Assembly (NCBI GenBank): GCA_964019425.1
Contig: OZ025786.1
Location: 186,001 to 250,000, forward strand
DNA: 64,000 nucleotides
Direction: 5' to 3'
DNA from: Flectonema sp. DT1601
Lineage: Eukaryota
The notes below the pieces were generated by a model. It had not been told where the DNA came from and made no database searches. It saw only the letters and a program-made list of their open reading frames with translations. The translations under genes were made by a program, and so were the position numbers. This document shows positions 20,081-31,749 of this stretch, piece by piece (position 1 is the stretch's first letter; the number at the start of each line of letters is the position of its first letter).

Positions 20081-20585
20081 ACACCTCCACCCTGCCGATC
20101 GCCTCATTCCACCATCCCTACATCAAACATCAGGAGAAGGTCTTCTCGGTGGAGAATGCGGATGGGCAGCGCTCAACTTCATTGCAGATCATTTATATAT
20201 CGATAGAATTAACTTCAGTTTTCTGCAAAACTACCAACAGCGATTTTATGAAGAATCTCTTAAAGTAGAACCGAACAACTCAGAGCATAAACCATCACCA
20301 GATGGTTGGTTCTCGCTACAAGTACTAAACATGGCTTGCATGACTAAATTCAACAGGAGAATCGAGTACTTCGTTAACCCAGCAGATTTCGAATATCCTG
20401 ATACAGTCGCAGCACTTATTCTGCATAAAGCGAAAACAAGGATGACTCACTTTATTGTTGCGCTAGTCTCATTTGAGTCCATGATCATCCGAGACATTCT
20501 TAAAGGCACAAAAGATTTAAGACTCCCTTTCGATCATTTTGACAAGATGTACCAAACTACGGATACCATTAAAAGCTCAGACTGA
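20080..20585 (+). pseudogene. Josephin/ataxin-3-like cysteine protease domain fragment (no ATG start), probably from a retroelement
   Basis: HQ...ECGWAALN (catalytic Cys), DGWFSLQVL (cf. GFFSIQV), ALIL.....THFI (His), IRDIL (Asp) in Josephin order. Confidence 0.6.
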
Positions 20586-20813
20586 TATGGATGTTACAAT
20601 GACACCTGCGAATATAGGACCTTTGATGATATGCGAAGATAAAATAAAACGGAAATTGGATGACGACTCAACCATTAACTCGACTGTAATAGTGAAACGA
20701 CCAGACATCAAAAATTCAAATTGAGCAAAAGCAAATAAACATTGCTAGCCCTATCCTGGCGAGCTCCGATGGATTTTTATCTTTGAACGATAGCAACTTC
20801 AACATAGAATGAA

Positions 20814-20881
20814 GTCCCTTAGAACTTACTGATGAAGGCCTAAAAAGGGACAAGTAGTATAAGATTAAGGCCTGAAACTAC
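20814..20881 (+). ncRNA. Hammerhead ribozyme, non-circularly permuted (pseudoknotted) strand order
   Basis: CUGAUGA 20829-35; stem II AGGCCU 20836-41/20868-73; GAAA 20874-77; stem III ACUAC 20877-81/GUAGU 20854-58; cleavage nucleotide A20859; stem I CUUA 20825-28/UAAG 20860-63; extra stem GUCCCUU 20814-20/AAGGGAC 20845-51. Confidence 0.7.
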
Positions 20882-21028
20882 ATATTCTATTACCCTTTGA
20901 TGTTAGGAAACTGCAGAAATGAATACTTTTCTTTTATTAATCTCTACTTTTCTTATTCTCACTTTTCTGTTCTAAAATTAATGATACTAACATGTCTTTC
21001 TAGCTTGCATTTTACTACTTCTGTAGTA

Positions 21029-22398
21029 CTGTAACTGTAAATAACATGGTGTATAAAAAATTTGGAGTATAACAACTTTGGATATAAAAAAGATGGTGGA
21101 TTCTTGGAAAAAAAACTTGGTGGATTTTTATAAAAAAGTATGAAAGTACACATTTTGACTGTAAAATGGTAGTTTTTTGAGTATGAAATTTTTCTGTAGG
21201 CAATCACACTATGCACAAATTTTTGAAAAAACGGGAGCCTTTTGAACCCCTGAAGACGTCGGTGAGCAAGGTGGAGCTGGATTTGATAAGGCAAGAGCAG
21301 AGGGTGAAAGAGCAACCAACTTCTCGCTGTTATGAGAAGTGGTCAAGGGAGGAGTTGCTTAACATCGGTGAGATGGTGAACTCTGCCACCAATGTGTCAA
21401 AGGCCATTGCCTTCTTCAACAAGGACCATAAGAAGAGATTAACAGTTGGCACGGCAGGCAGGGCAATGAAGCTCTTTACTGTGGAAGACGAAGGGAGAAC
21501 CACTAAAAGAAGGGCAGGTAAAATCTGGGAGACCCACCATCTTAACCACTGATGAGGAAGCAAGGGTGCTCGATTTAATTGAGAATATCCGTGCTTATGG
21601 TGGCTGTGTGTTTGCTTCTCTGGTTTCAAGCACAGCAAGGGGGATAGTGCTTGCAAGTGATACACCGGAATGTGTGGATTCTAGTTCCCTACAAGAAGTA
21701 TGGGCCTACAAGTTCCTGGTACGGAAGGGTTGGACACACCGTCGTGGAACCACTGCGAAAGTAGCGCCTGAAGCAGAACTTACATCAGCTCGGTCAAGGT
21801 TTCTAGAACGCATCTCCAGTGCTCGAATACATGGTTCAATTCCTGACAGCATGGTCATTAACTTTGACCACACCCAGTGCCTGATGCTTCCATCAAGCAA
21901 GTGCACCTTCAATGCCAAAGGTGCCAAGTCGGTGCCGATATCATTCACCTGATAAGCGGGGCGTCAGCGTAGTACTGGGTTGCTCGATGACAGGGGACAT
22001 GCTCCCAATGCAGGTCATCTACAAGGGAAAGACGGCTAGATCGACTCCACACAGCCGCCCTTGTCTCGAACACCGAAATGATGTGCTGTTAACCAGTAAT
22101 CTAAGAGGGTGGGCAAACGAAACAACAACCATTGAGTACCTTCAGAAGGCAATAGTCCCATACTTTATTAAAAAACGCCAGGAACTGGGACTTGAATCGG
22201 ATCACCCTGGCCTGTATATGACCAGTTTAAAAAAAAAAGGTCAAAAAAAAATTTTTTTTTTTTTGGAATCCGAATTTTGCTAAGTGTTTGTTGTGAATAA
22301 TTGTACTAAAAAAACTTTGGATATAATAAAGATGGTGGATTTGGCCATTTTTTGGCGATTTGGAGACTTTTTATACACCATGATATTTATAGTTACAG
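21029..22398 (+). mobile_element. pogo/Tigger-like DNA transposon, internally deleted
   Basis: 31-bp TIRs CTGTAACT(G/A)TAAATA(A/T)CATGGTGTATAAAAA; TA at 21027-28 and 22399-400; internal direct repeat AACTTTGGATATAA.AAAGATGGTGGATT near both ends. Confidence 0.9.
21211..22215 (+). pseudogene. pogo-family (DDE_1) transposase, frameshifted and 3'-truncated
   Basis: Three ORF pieces: HTH-like N-terminus, W...FL.R.GW..RRGTT, INFDHT, DKR.VSVVL...MTG.MLPMQVIYKGKT, WANETT...Y....IVPY; breaks off just before the second catalytic Asp. Confidence 0.85.
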
Positions 22399-22811
22399 TA
22401 TAATTATTTAGTGAATTTATGGATATCTCCTCCTTTAGTGACATTTTTTTAATCCAGGTAGGGAAAATGTGTGTTAAGGCAAGTATGGCGAAAAATCATG
22501 CTCAGTGTTGATTGTAATAAGTAATGATTTGCCTGTCATATCAAAAAAAAACATATTTCTCTCCCAACAGTACACATAGTTGAATTATGAAATGTTATCT
22601 TTGTAGATACCAGGTTGCGCAAATATCGAAAAATCACGTCACTTAACAGCTTGAATGAGAAAAAACACACAAAAACCTGTAGTGGTGGATACTGGAAATA
22701 TTATAATTGGTGATTTTTTTTTCTTTCCACACTTTTTTTCCCCACAAAACCAAAAAAAATATCAAAAAAGTACAGAACCATACCAAAAATTAAAAAAATT
22801 TTTTTTTCAAA

Positions 22812-22891
22812 AAAAAGCTAAAAAAAGCTAAATAGCTTAGCTTTAGCTCCAAAAAGCTTAGCTTTAGCTTTTAGCTTTTTGCACAAGTATG
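22812..22891. repeat. Cluster of AAAGCTA/TAGCTTT inverted repeats ending ...GCACAAGTATG; probable solo DNA-transposon end
   Basis: Repeated AGCT motifs at the boundary with the gene-rich zone; partner end not found. Confidence 0.4.
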
Positions 22892-23265
22892 CAGATTGAT
22901 GTCCAAAAATTATCCAATGCCTTGATGGATGAGGAGGAGAAGCGCAATCCAGATAAGTTCCTAGCAACACGAAGTTATTATCTACACATTTGTTATCAAT
23001 GCTGAGACGAAACAGCAGTCAAATAAATATGTATCTTGATCATCAGATGGGAGTATTTGGGTGGACACACATTTAATATTCCACACAAGTCAGTATTATA
23101 TTCGTCTTTGTGATCAATTATATTTGGCTTGCGGTTTGTTTGTAGTAGTTCATCCTACAATATAAGAAACTTGGCTTTATTCATTCATCGATTGTAGGAA
23201 AGGTGATTAAATGTTAATTACTTATCATTAGGTGTACCTTCAACACATCAATAAATGGGTGTCGT

Positions 23266-25160
23266 ATGATCCGCACAAATCGCTGGTTTCGCTGCGTCGG
23301 GTCAGTGCACTTTGATGTCTCACTTGGTCAAATAGTTGATTTAGTCTATCCAGTTGATCTTACAGAAGATGAAAGCTTCGAGATAGCATTCGCGTCTATC
23401 CCAGATGTTGGAACACATGATGAAGCGGTGGTTCACCATTTTATATTAAATGTTGGAGGGGATAGGGTTTTTGGAACCGCAAAATTCATGCAAAAATGGG
23501 ATGAAAGCGTTGATCGCGGTGCTGTTCAACGTGCTATTTTTCTTCTCTCACCACTACCATTTCCAAAATTAGCCGAACAAGTTATATCTGTTTTGAATAT
23601 CGATTCGACAAAAGATGACTTGGTACAACTGTGGAATACAATCTGTAGTTGGAATGAACCAATATGCTGCTCGGTGTTGAAGTCGTCTGTTCCTGTTGAA
23701 ATAAACTATGAGCTTCCATGTTTTAGGAGACGGGGTTATGATGGTCAAAGCCTTCCATATAGATGTCTGGTATGTGGGAAGCAACGAGTCCAGTAAGATA
23801 CCAGCATAGTACTATTACGGATGTGTCGTTTTTGATGGAGAAATTTGCTGCTCCGTTGAGCACTAAAACATCAAAAATACTCGGTGGTGCAGCGCATGAG
23901 GTTGGTCATCTTGCACTGAATCTTGCCCGAGCAGCGGCAGAGACTATGCCCGAGGACTCTCCCAAGAGTGAATCCGAATTACGAGAGCCCTCTGGACAAT
24001 CATCTGCGAGTTCATTTGTCCATCCTGGTTGCAGTACCATTAAACACCTTTATTCAGATCTTCCGCTTCTTACAGAAATCTTACCCATGCATGTGGGTCG
24101 TATTTTTAAGTTGTGGGAGCTTATCATATCAGGTCATACTGTTCAAGTAATATCTGAATCCGCGAGAGATGTTTCAATGGCAGCATTACTGTTAACCACT
24201 GTGATTGAACCACTGATTTACTGTGGTGATGTGCTGCCGTATATTACAATGCAAAGTAACAGAAATATTCATCCTCAATCATTAGTTGGTGGGGCGATTG
24301 TCGGATGTACTAATCCAGTGCTGCTATGTTCGCAAGCAGATGCTATTGATACAAAGTGTGCAGTGTTAACTATTGGTGAGGAATCAAAAATAGATGTATT
24401 AAGTAAACACAAAAAACTAACAGAAAAATCATCTCGGAAAAGTAGTGGATGCGTTAAGTCTGAGTTGCTATGCAATGGATTATTTCGGGTAAGTACGCCA
24501 GTGCTTAAACCTGTAGTGTCAGGAAAGGATATTAAGAATGAATTATCACTTTTAACACAAAGATTCATAGAACCAATTCATAACTATCTTCAAGATGTTC
24601 TTCAGCAATCGGCTCCAGGCATTTTTGTTGGAACTGCGTGGGGCTTCTTTTATACGAATAAGAATCTTGCTTCTAACTGTTCATTCGCTAATGCTTGGGA
24701 ACAGACAAGTAGTACTGATAAGCAACTCATAGAAAGACTGCCTCCCCCATTTTCGATGGCAGATTTATTAGATTTCGTCGAAAACGATTTTCTCACCAAC
24801 GGACACGTTGCAGTGGAATTACATGAAAACACACCTTCAGTTCCCTCTGTTGGTTGGAAACGAGGTAGGGATGTTCTTGACCTGTATAGGTCATTCCTAA
24901 CTACAGCGACTGCCCTTAATTTCATTGTTGATGTTTATAAAAGAGCTTTTCGTGATTTTATTTGTTCAGCAGACTTGCCGTCCCTCCTCCTTCACTTTTC
25001 TAAGTCCGAGACTAAGCTACAGTTCTTGTCTCAAATCGAATCGGTCTTTAATATTGAAAATGGAGCACCGATAGCTGATCGTTCACTTCTTAATGTTCTT
25101 CGAACATTGATGGGTCCGCTTCCTGTTTTCAGAGACGGATTAATGAAACAACTTCGATAA
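23266..25160 (+). CDS. DENND6: DENND6/FAM116-like DENN-domain Rab GEF, split over two frames (candidate 35-nt intron 23770-23804, or frameshift)
   Basis: FDVSLGQIVDLVYP...SIPD, D.SVDRGAVQRAIFLLSPLPF, LWELIISG, PLIYCGDVLPYIT, GCTNP, LYRSF. Confidence 0.8.
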
Positions 25161-25764
25161 ATTCGGTTTTGTTAGTCGGGACATCAACACCAGTAAAAGT
25201 CAGCTTCGTCTATCTGTTGTTCTACTCATTCAAATAATTAGTGTTGGTCTGCTTCGGAATAATAAATTCCGTGTAAAGTCCGTACTGCCATAATGAAATA
25301 GTAAAACCCACCTCTCAATAAATGAGTACTCTCAGAACGTTGTTCCTTGAAATGGTTTTTTTATTCTTTCGTTTCATTCTGGTACAGTTTTTTATGACAG
25401 TAAAAAATTGTTTCAAACAGGACTTTAGGTCAGGTTTCGCTTATATCTTTTTTCCTCTTCACCTCCCCCACGTTAACAAGGAACTTATATGGGTTACAGA
25501 AGATAAGATTTTCTAGCCTACAATTTTAACTCCGAGTCTTCTGTGTGAGAATGAAACCGAAAAAAATCAGCAATCAGTTTTTCTAGACTGCTGTTTTGCT
25601 TCTGCATTCCCTGTAGTTGTTTCCTGGCCACTTATACTATCCATTTGAATGAAAACTGTTGTGTTATGATGTCTTGGGAGAGGCATAAGGTTTTGATAAT
25701 GAGTGTTTCTTCTTTTAATATAAATCATTAAATAACTTACTAAACAGCTACACTAGTAATTAGA

Positions 25765-27608
25765 ATGAGTTATCGCTCAGGAAGTGTGTCTCCAAGAGAG
25801 ACTTATTCACCTCGTGATGGGTCTCAAAGATCGACTCCACGTATGGTTTCAAGCATTAGAGTGAACTCATTATCACCAGTTGGGTCAAGAAAGGCATCAT
25901 TGAGACCAAGGTATCAAAAATCAACAAAAACATCTCGAGTAAGATATAAAGATGATGATGTTACTCCTGGTGTTGGTTCATACAGCGTTTCAAGACCTTC
26001 CGTTATATCTGAAATAAGAGGTTTTGATAATAGAGGACTGCAAAGAACATCATTCGGAAACTCTCAACGCTACTTCGAATACCAATCTCACCAAGGATCT
26101 GATTCACCAGGTGTTGGTAAATACAACAACAATAAAGATATTGTTTACAAAGCAAAGAATCATCGTCATGGAGGACCACAACCGATGGGATACCAAAAAG
26201 ACAAACCTCAAGGTACAGATCCTTGTATCTATAAAGGAACACTTGTATTCCAAAGACCCAGTAACAGTGGTACTGCAGGTCCAGGAACATATGAAACTTA
26301 TAGATCGGATTTTGACTTAATTGGAGGAAACAAAAGAACACACAATGTCAAATATATTAAACAAGTTACGGAAGGTCAACGGGCTGGTCGCTCTGGATTG
26401 AATCGCCCTCAAGATCATAATATGCCAAATAGACAATTTCATTTCTCTGTTGCTTCTGCTCCCAAAGCGATGCGGAATGAATCGTCGGGTGTGAGACGGT
26501 CCATTTCAGCACCTGCTCCGGTTCGTATGTCTTCCCCGACTCCGTTACCCCCTGCAACTATCATGGAGCTTCCCATCCCTGGGATGAAGAAGGAGTATGT
26601 ATATTATTATTGTTACAACAGGTTTCTGAATAGTTAGTTAGTTGTTAGTTGTTAATTTTTTTTTTTTTGTTTTTTTTTTTTTTTGGGATTTTTATTTTGT
26701 TAGTAAACTCTTATTTGATATAAATTGATGTATTTCTCAAACTAAGAAAAACAAAACAGAAAACCAAAAGTTGCAGCCGTTTCGTTATCAAAGGTCAACC
26801 GAAATGGAAATCGACACGCCATTAACTCAAGCAGGTTAGGGAGCACCAGCTCAGTATGTGTCTTTTCTTTTATCTGATGAAGAACATAAACATGAATGAT
26901 ATTAATTTATCGAATAATCAGACATTGGGAAGTTGCAATCAGGATTTCTCATGCCAGCATTATTTGTTATTCAATGGCTAACTTGCTGAGTATGAAACAA
27001 AAAAAAAACAAAAAAACCAAAAAAAAAAAAAAAAACAGAAAACAAAGAAGCGCGCTACTCCTAACCCATACCATCGCAAGCCACCGGGTTTGTCACTGGG
27101 TACAATTAATCAGGGTTGCGTTTCATTTAACAGCGGGTCAAATGGAACGAATACGAACGCGTCATCACCAACTGTGGGAACTGGTACACCAATATTACCA
27201 CGTAGTGGTAGCATTCAGTTGGGGGCATCGGTAAACACTACGAAGCCAATAACTCCAAAGGACCCTGCAGAAATTGAAAACCGATTAAGTATTGCAGCCC
27301 AAGAAGTTGCAGACTTTTTAAATGAATTAAATCTGTCAGCATACAGTGAATCACTTGTAGATGAGGGATATGATGACATTCGATCGCTTAGAACTTTAAC
27401 GGAAAGTGATTTAGTCGAACTCGGTTTCAGAAAAGGTCATCGTGCTCGTCTAATCCAAGCAGTTAAAGAGATGACTATGACTACTCCTAGAGACACATCA
27501 ATTACTCCTCAGGAGCAATCTATGTGTGAGCAATCGCACACTCCAGAAGACCAACCATACACTCCACGGAATCCTTCTGAATCAGTCCACAGCGCAGCAA
27601 CTTTATAG
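25765..27608 (+). CDS. SHIPPO-repeat protein with C-terminal SAM domain; exons 25765-26594, 26760-26853, 27039-27608
   Basis: TPGVGSY, SPGVGKY, GPGTY repeats; two GTATGT...AACAG introns keep frame; SAM-like VADFLNELNLSAY...GYDD...DLVELG..KGHRARL. Confidence 0.8.
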
Positions 27609-28729
27609 AACGATAGGCTTTTTGAGGTACACAGAATCTCGTTGTTGTTAGTAATGAATACTAACTTAGTATCGTAGAGATGTTTCAATGTGAGTTTATT
27701 CTTTTGCCTCTGAGATTAATTATTGTACTTTGCGTCTTTGTAATCGCTTTTAAGGTTGAGGGTGTTGCCTTTTGTAGTGATAGGTGTGATTCATGGGGAA
27801 AAAAAAAAAAAAAAAAAAAGAAAAGATAAAAAGATAAAATGCTTTGTACCTGTATGCTAGAGAATTACAAGAACAAAAAAAAAAAAAAAAAAAAAAAAAA
27901 ATCTCGCAAAAATGAACAATACAAACCTATTACTTAACTTTAACAGCAGTCCTTGCAATTCTGTTGATTTTAGTGAAATTATTTTGTGTTGCTGAATTAG
28001 AAATGTATTCCTTGCTTGTTCTTAGCGAATAATTATTTATTTAATTTTTTTTTTTTTTTTTTTTTTTGGGTTGTCGTCATACCATTGATGTCCTTCTCCC
28101 CAAAAAAAAAAAAAAAAAAGAAAACATTCGACGTTCTTGGTTTGCTTCCTTTTGAAAGAGCTTTCTATTATGAGCGATTCTTATTTATATGATAATATTT
28201 ATTATTATTATTTTTATTATTATTATTTATTGTAAAGTCCTACGAGTGTTACGTCAATTTTCACCTCCTGTTTCTGAGTGAAGAGATTCGCTGATTGCCT
28301 GTCCTCCAATGAAAAAAATCTAGAAGATGGACGTGTAGAATACCCTCCCTTCCCTTCCCTTCCCTTCCCAAGGACTAGATGACGAATATTGTAAGCAAAC
28401 TCCTCCTCAGGGAAAGCTTACCCCATGATGTATAGCCTGTTAGCACAGGTATTCTTTCTGGTGTTGTGGTATTTCTTATTGTTAAACTGTTTTTTTCGTT
28501 ATTTCGGTTTGCCGGTTACAGAAAAGGGGTTTCTTTTTTTTTTTTTTTTTTTTCCCTTGTTTATTTTTATTGCTTATTCATTCATTAAAACCCTACCAGT
28601 GCTTTATATAAGTACCTGTTGCAGAACTGTTCGTATGATCGTTTAAATGTTTGTTGTGATTGTTTTGAGTTTTCTTAATAAATCCACTCTGTTGTTAGAT
28701 TCTATTGGCTCACTTCCAAAACAAATAAA

Positions 28730-29175
28730 ATGGGAAAGTCCAAGACCAACGTACGTCTCTTTCAGCCAGCTGTCATGACTGGGTTCAGACGTAGTCAGCG
28801 CCACCAGACTCAGCACACTTCTTTGTTGAAGATTAAGAACGTTCAGACCAAGGACGACACCGAGTTCTACTGCGGTAAGCGTGTCGCCTACGTCTTCAAG
28901 GCAAAGACCAAGGTATGTAAGGTTACGATGTAGCTTGTAGAAATTCTGTTGTGTACTTTTTGTGATGTTAGAAAATAAAAAAAACTAAACAACAGGCTAA
29001 CCACACCCGTTCTGCCCAGAACCCAAAGATGAAGTCGAGAGTTCGCGTTATGTGGGGACGTGTCACCCGTTCCCACGGAAACAACGGAGCCGTCAGAGCC
29101 AAGTTCTCACCAAACCTCCCAGCCCAGGCCCTTGGAAAGAAGGTTAGAGTGTACATGTACCCAAGCCGTATCTAA
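28730..29175 (+). CDS. RPL35A: 60S ribosomal protein L35a (eL33), copy 1; exons 28730-28912, 28996-29175 (120 aa)
   Basis: GFRRSQRHQ...SLLKI..V...[37 protein letters not shown]...[11 protein letters not shown]. Confidence 0.96.
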
Positions 29176-29572
29176 GTTTAGTTGGCTTTGGAAGTGCAAC
29201 CGTGAGCCTTAATATCAGTTAGTTGAATGAAGTAAAAAAAGTAATCATTTGAACGAGTTTAACTCTTTTGAGTAATAATTCATATTTAATACAGGAAGTA
29301 CTTTATGGAGAAGTCATTGGGGAAGAGGCCAGTCCGTAGAGGAAAAAATGCATCAGGCGATTATCGTTGTGGAGATATGAAGTGCGTACACATCACAAGA
29401 TATTTTTATGTATTCAGTTGGGAGAATTATTATTCACCTCTTTGAGATTGAAGTGTGAGTTATTAAAACCTTGTGAAGTCTTTCTTGACTTCGATGTGTT
29501 TCGTAAAGAAGGATGTTATTATTCTCCTTTACCCCCTCTCATTAGATTATCGTGACGAGGAAAACAAATAAA

Positions 29573-30018
29573 ATGGGAAAGTCCAAGACCAACGTACGTC
29601 TCTTTCAGCCAGCTGTCATGACTGGGTTCAGACGTAGTCAGCGCCACCAGACTCAGCACACTTCTTTGTTGAAGATTAAGAACGTTCAGACCAAGGACGA
29701 CACCGAGTTCTACTGCGGTAAGCGTGTCGCCTACGTCTTCAAGGCAAAGACCAAGGTATGTAAGGCTACGATGTAGCTTGTAGAAGTTCTGTTGTGTACT
29801 TTTTGTGATGTTAGAAAATAAAAAAAACTAAACAACAGGCCAACCACACCCGTTCTGCCCAGAACCCAAAGATGAAGTCGAGAGTTCGCGTTATGTGGGG
29901 ACGTGTCACCCGTTCCCACGGAAACAACGGAGCCGTCAGAGCCAAGTTCTCACCAAACCTCCCAGCCCAGGCCCTTGGAAAGAAGGTTAGAGTGTACATG
30001 TACCCAAGCCGTATCTAA
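29573..30018 (+). CDS. RPL35A: 60S ribosomal protein L35a (eL33), copy 2; exons 29573-29755, 29839-30018
   Basis: Same protein, offset by 843 bp. Confidence 0.96.
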
Positions 30019-30290
30019 GTTTAGTTGGTTTTGGAAGTACTTCTTAATCTTTAAGTAAGTCGAGTTGGTTCCTGGCACTAAACAAATGAAAGTTAACTAC
30101 TGAATTGTTTAGTACCACCTTTCCCGGTATCATTGATAATTGTGTTTTTGTATTATTCTTTATTTTATAATATTATTTCCTCTACAGTGCAGCTTATTAA
30201 ATATGGTGTCGAGGATAGTCTTTGTGATTTGATATGACTGTCTGAATGTTATATTATCCTTTCCACCCTTTAGTTGATTTACTCTTAACT

Positions 30291-30491
30291 ATGCCATACG
30301 CAGGAATGAGACACGCTGGGTACAACACGGGTGGTTATGGTCAGTTTCTTTCAAATGTTGATGCTCAACAAGACACTACAATCAATAGAGGATCGACACC
30401 AACTGTAAGACTTCCAAATCAATTCTTTACTGGAGGATTTAGTGATGACAGCACTTGGCAGCCAACGACATTTGGTACCAGTAAGAAGTGA
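30291..30491 (+). CDS. Unknown 66-aa microprotein, paralog 1
   Basis: Amino acids conserved with 30756-30965 despite many third-position differences. Confidence 0.8.
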   Translation: MPYAGMRHAGYNTGGYGQFLSNVDAQQDTTINRGSTPTVRLPNQFFTGGFSDDSTWQPTTFGTSKK

Positions 30492-30755
30492 ACAGTGTTT
30501 GGATAGCCAAAAAAAAAAAGGTACACAAAATAAATATCGAACCCAACCTTCACAACAGAGATATCATCAAAGTCCTCTTGTCACACCGTATGAGTATTTG
30601 TGTACCAATTGTCAACTTTCTATTTTTCTTTTTTTTTTTTTTTTGCTTATTACTTTTACACTACTTAAGATTGTATGCTTACGCTCTTTTTTAGACTCGA
30701 AAAAGGTACCCTTTTTATACCTCTCATTCTTACAGTATAACTTTACACACGAACA

Positions 30756-30965
30756 ATGCCACTTGCTGGAATGAGACACGCAGGATACAACTCGGGTAAC
30801 AATGGACAATTCCTTTCAAATGTTGACGCTCAACAGGATACGACTATTAATAGAGGAACTACCCCGACTATGAGATTACCTAATCAGTTCTTTACTGGAG
30901 GGTTCAGTGATGACAGCACTTGGCAACCAACAAAATACGGAATTAGTAAAAGAGGACAACTGTAA
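30756..30965 (+). CDS. Unknown 69-aa microprotein, paralog 2
   Basis: Shares AGMRHAGYN, GQFLSNVDAQQDTTINRG and RLPNQFFTGGFSDDSTWQPT with paralog 1. Confidence 0.8.
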   Translation: MPLAGMRHAGYNSGNNGQFLSNVDAQQDTTINRGTTPTMRLPNQFFTGGFSDDSTWQPTKYGISKRGQL

Positions 30966-31321
30966 GCATCGTTGCTTATTAGGTGAAGCACACAATATTG
31001 TTGGACTGCTTCGAGGAAAAAAAAAAAAAAAAAAGGTTTCATTCAAAGTTATCATCCTACACAAATAAAATTAGCGAAATATTTTTAAAAAGACAAAAAA
31101 AAACAAGCAAAAAAAAAAAAAAAAGCAAGTCAAATACACAACCAAGATTATCTTAAAGCCATCCATACTGAAATACTTTTTTAATTATCCTATTTTTCTT
31201 TTGCAGATGATAAGTGTTTGTCCTCACCACCAATGTAGTTATAAAGCTGTTTTTTTCTTCTTTTTTTTCTTCTTTCGCAAACTCAGTCACGTTATTATTT
31301 CAACAAAGTTTCCTAATTAAA

Positions 31322-31713
31322 ATGAACGCTTTGTCGGTGGCTACGTTTGTTGGGTGCGCACTCTTTGCGGCAGCCCAGGGACCAGGAGAAGGTGATGATG
31401 TTGTTACCATCACCGCAGAGAACTACAGAGATGAGATCGTCGGATACGATGGCTTAGTACTATTGGAGATATATGCCCCTTGGTGTGGACACTGTAAAAG
31501 CCTGGCTCCAGAATGGGCTAAGGCTGCTACCTCTCTTAAAGGTTTGTTGTAACCACTACTTCTGACTCTGTCTGATAAGTTGAATACATTTATATTAATA
31601 ATCAACTGAATATTATTTAATAAATTAACAGGAAAAGTAAAACTCGCTGCTCTTGACGCCACCGCACATGAAGAGCTCGGAAAGATGTTCGGAGCGCAGT
31701 ATGTTAATTATAA

Positions 31714-31749
<36 letters not shown>

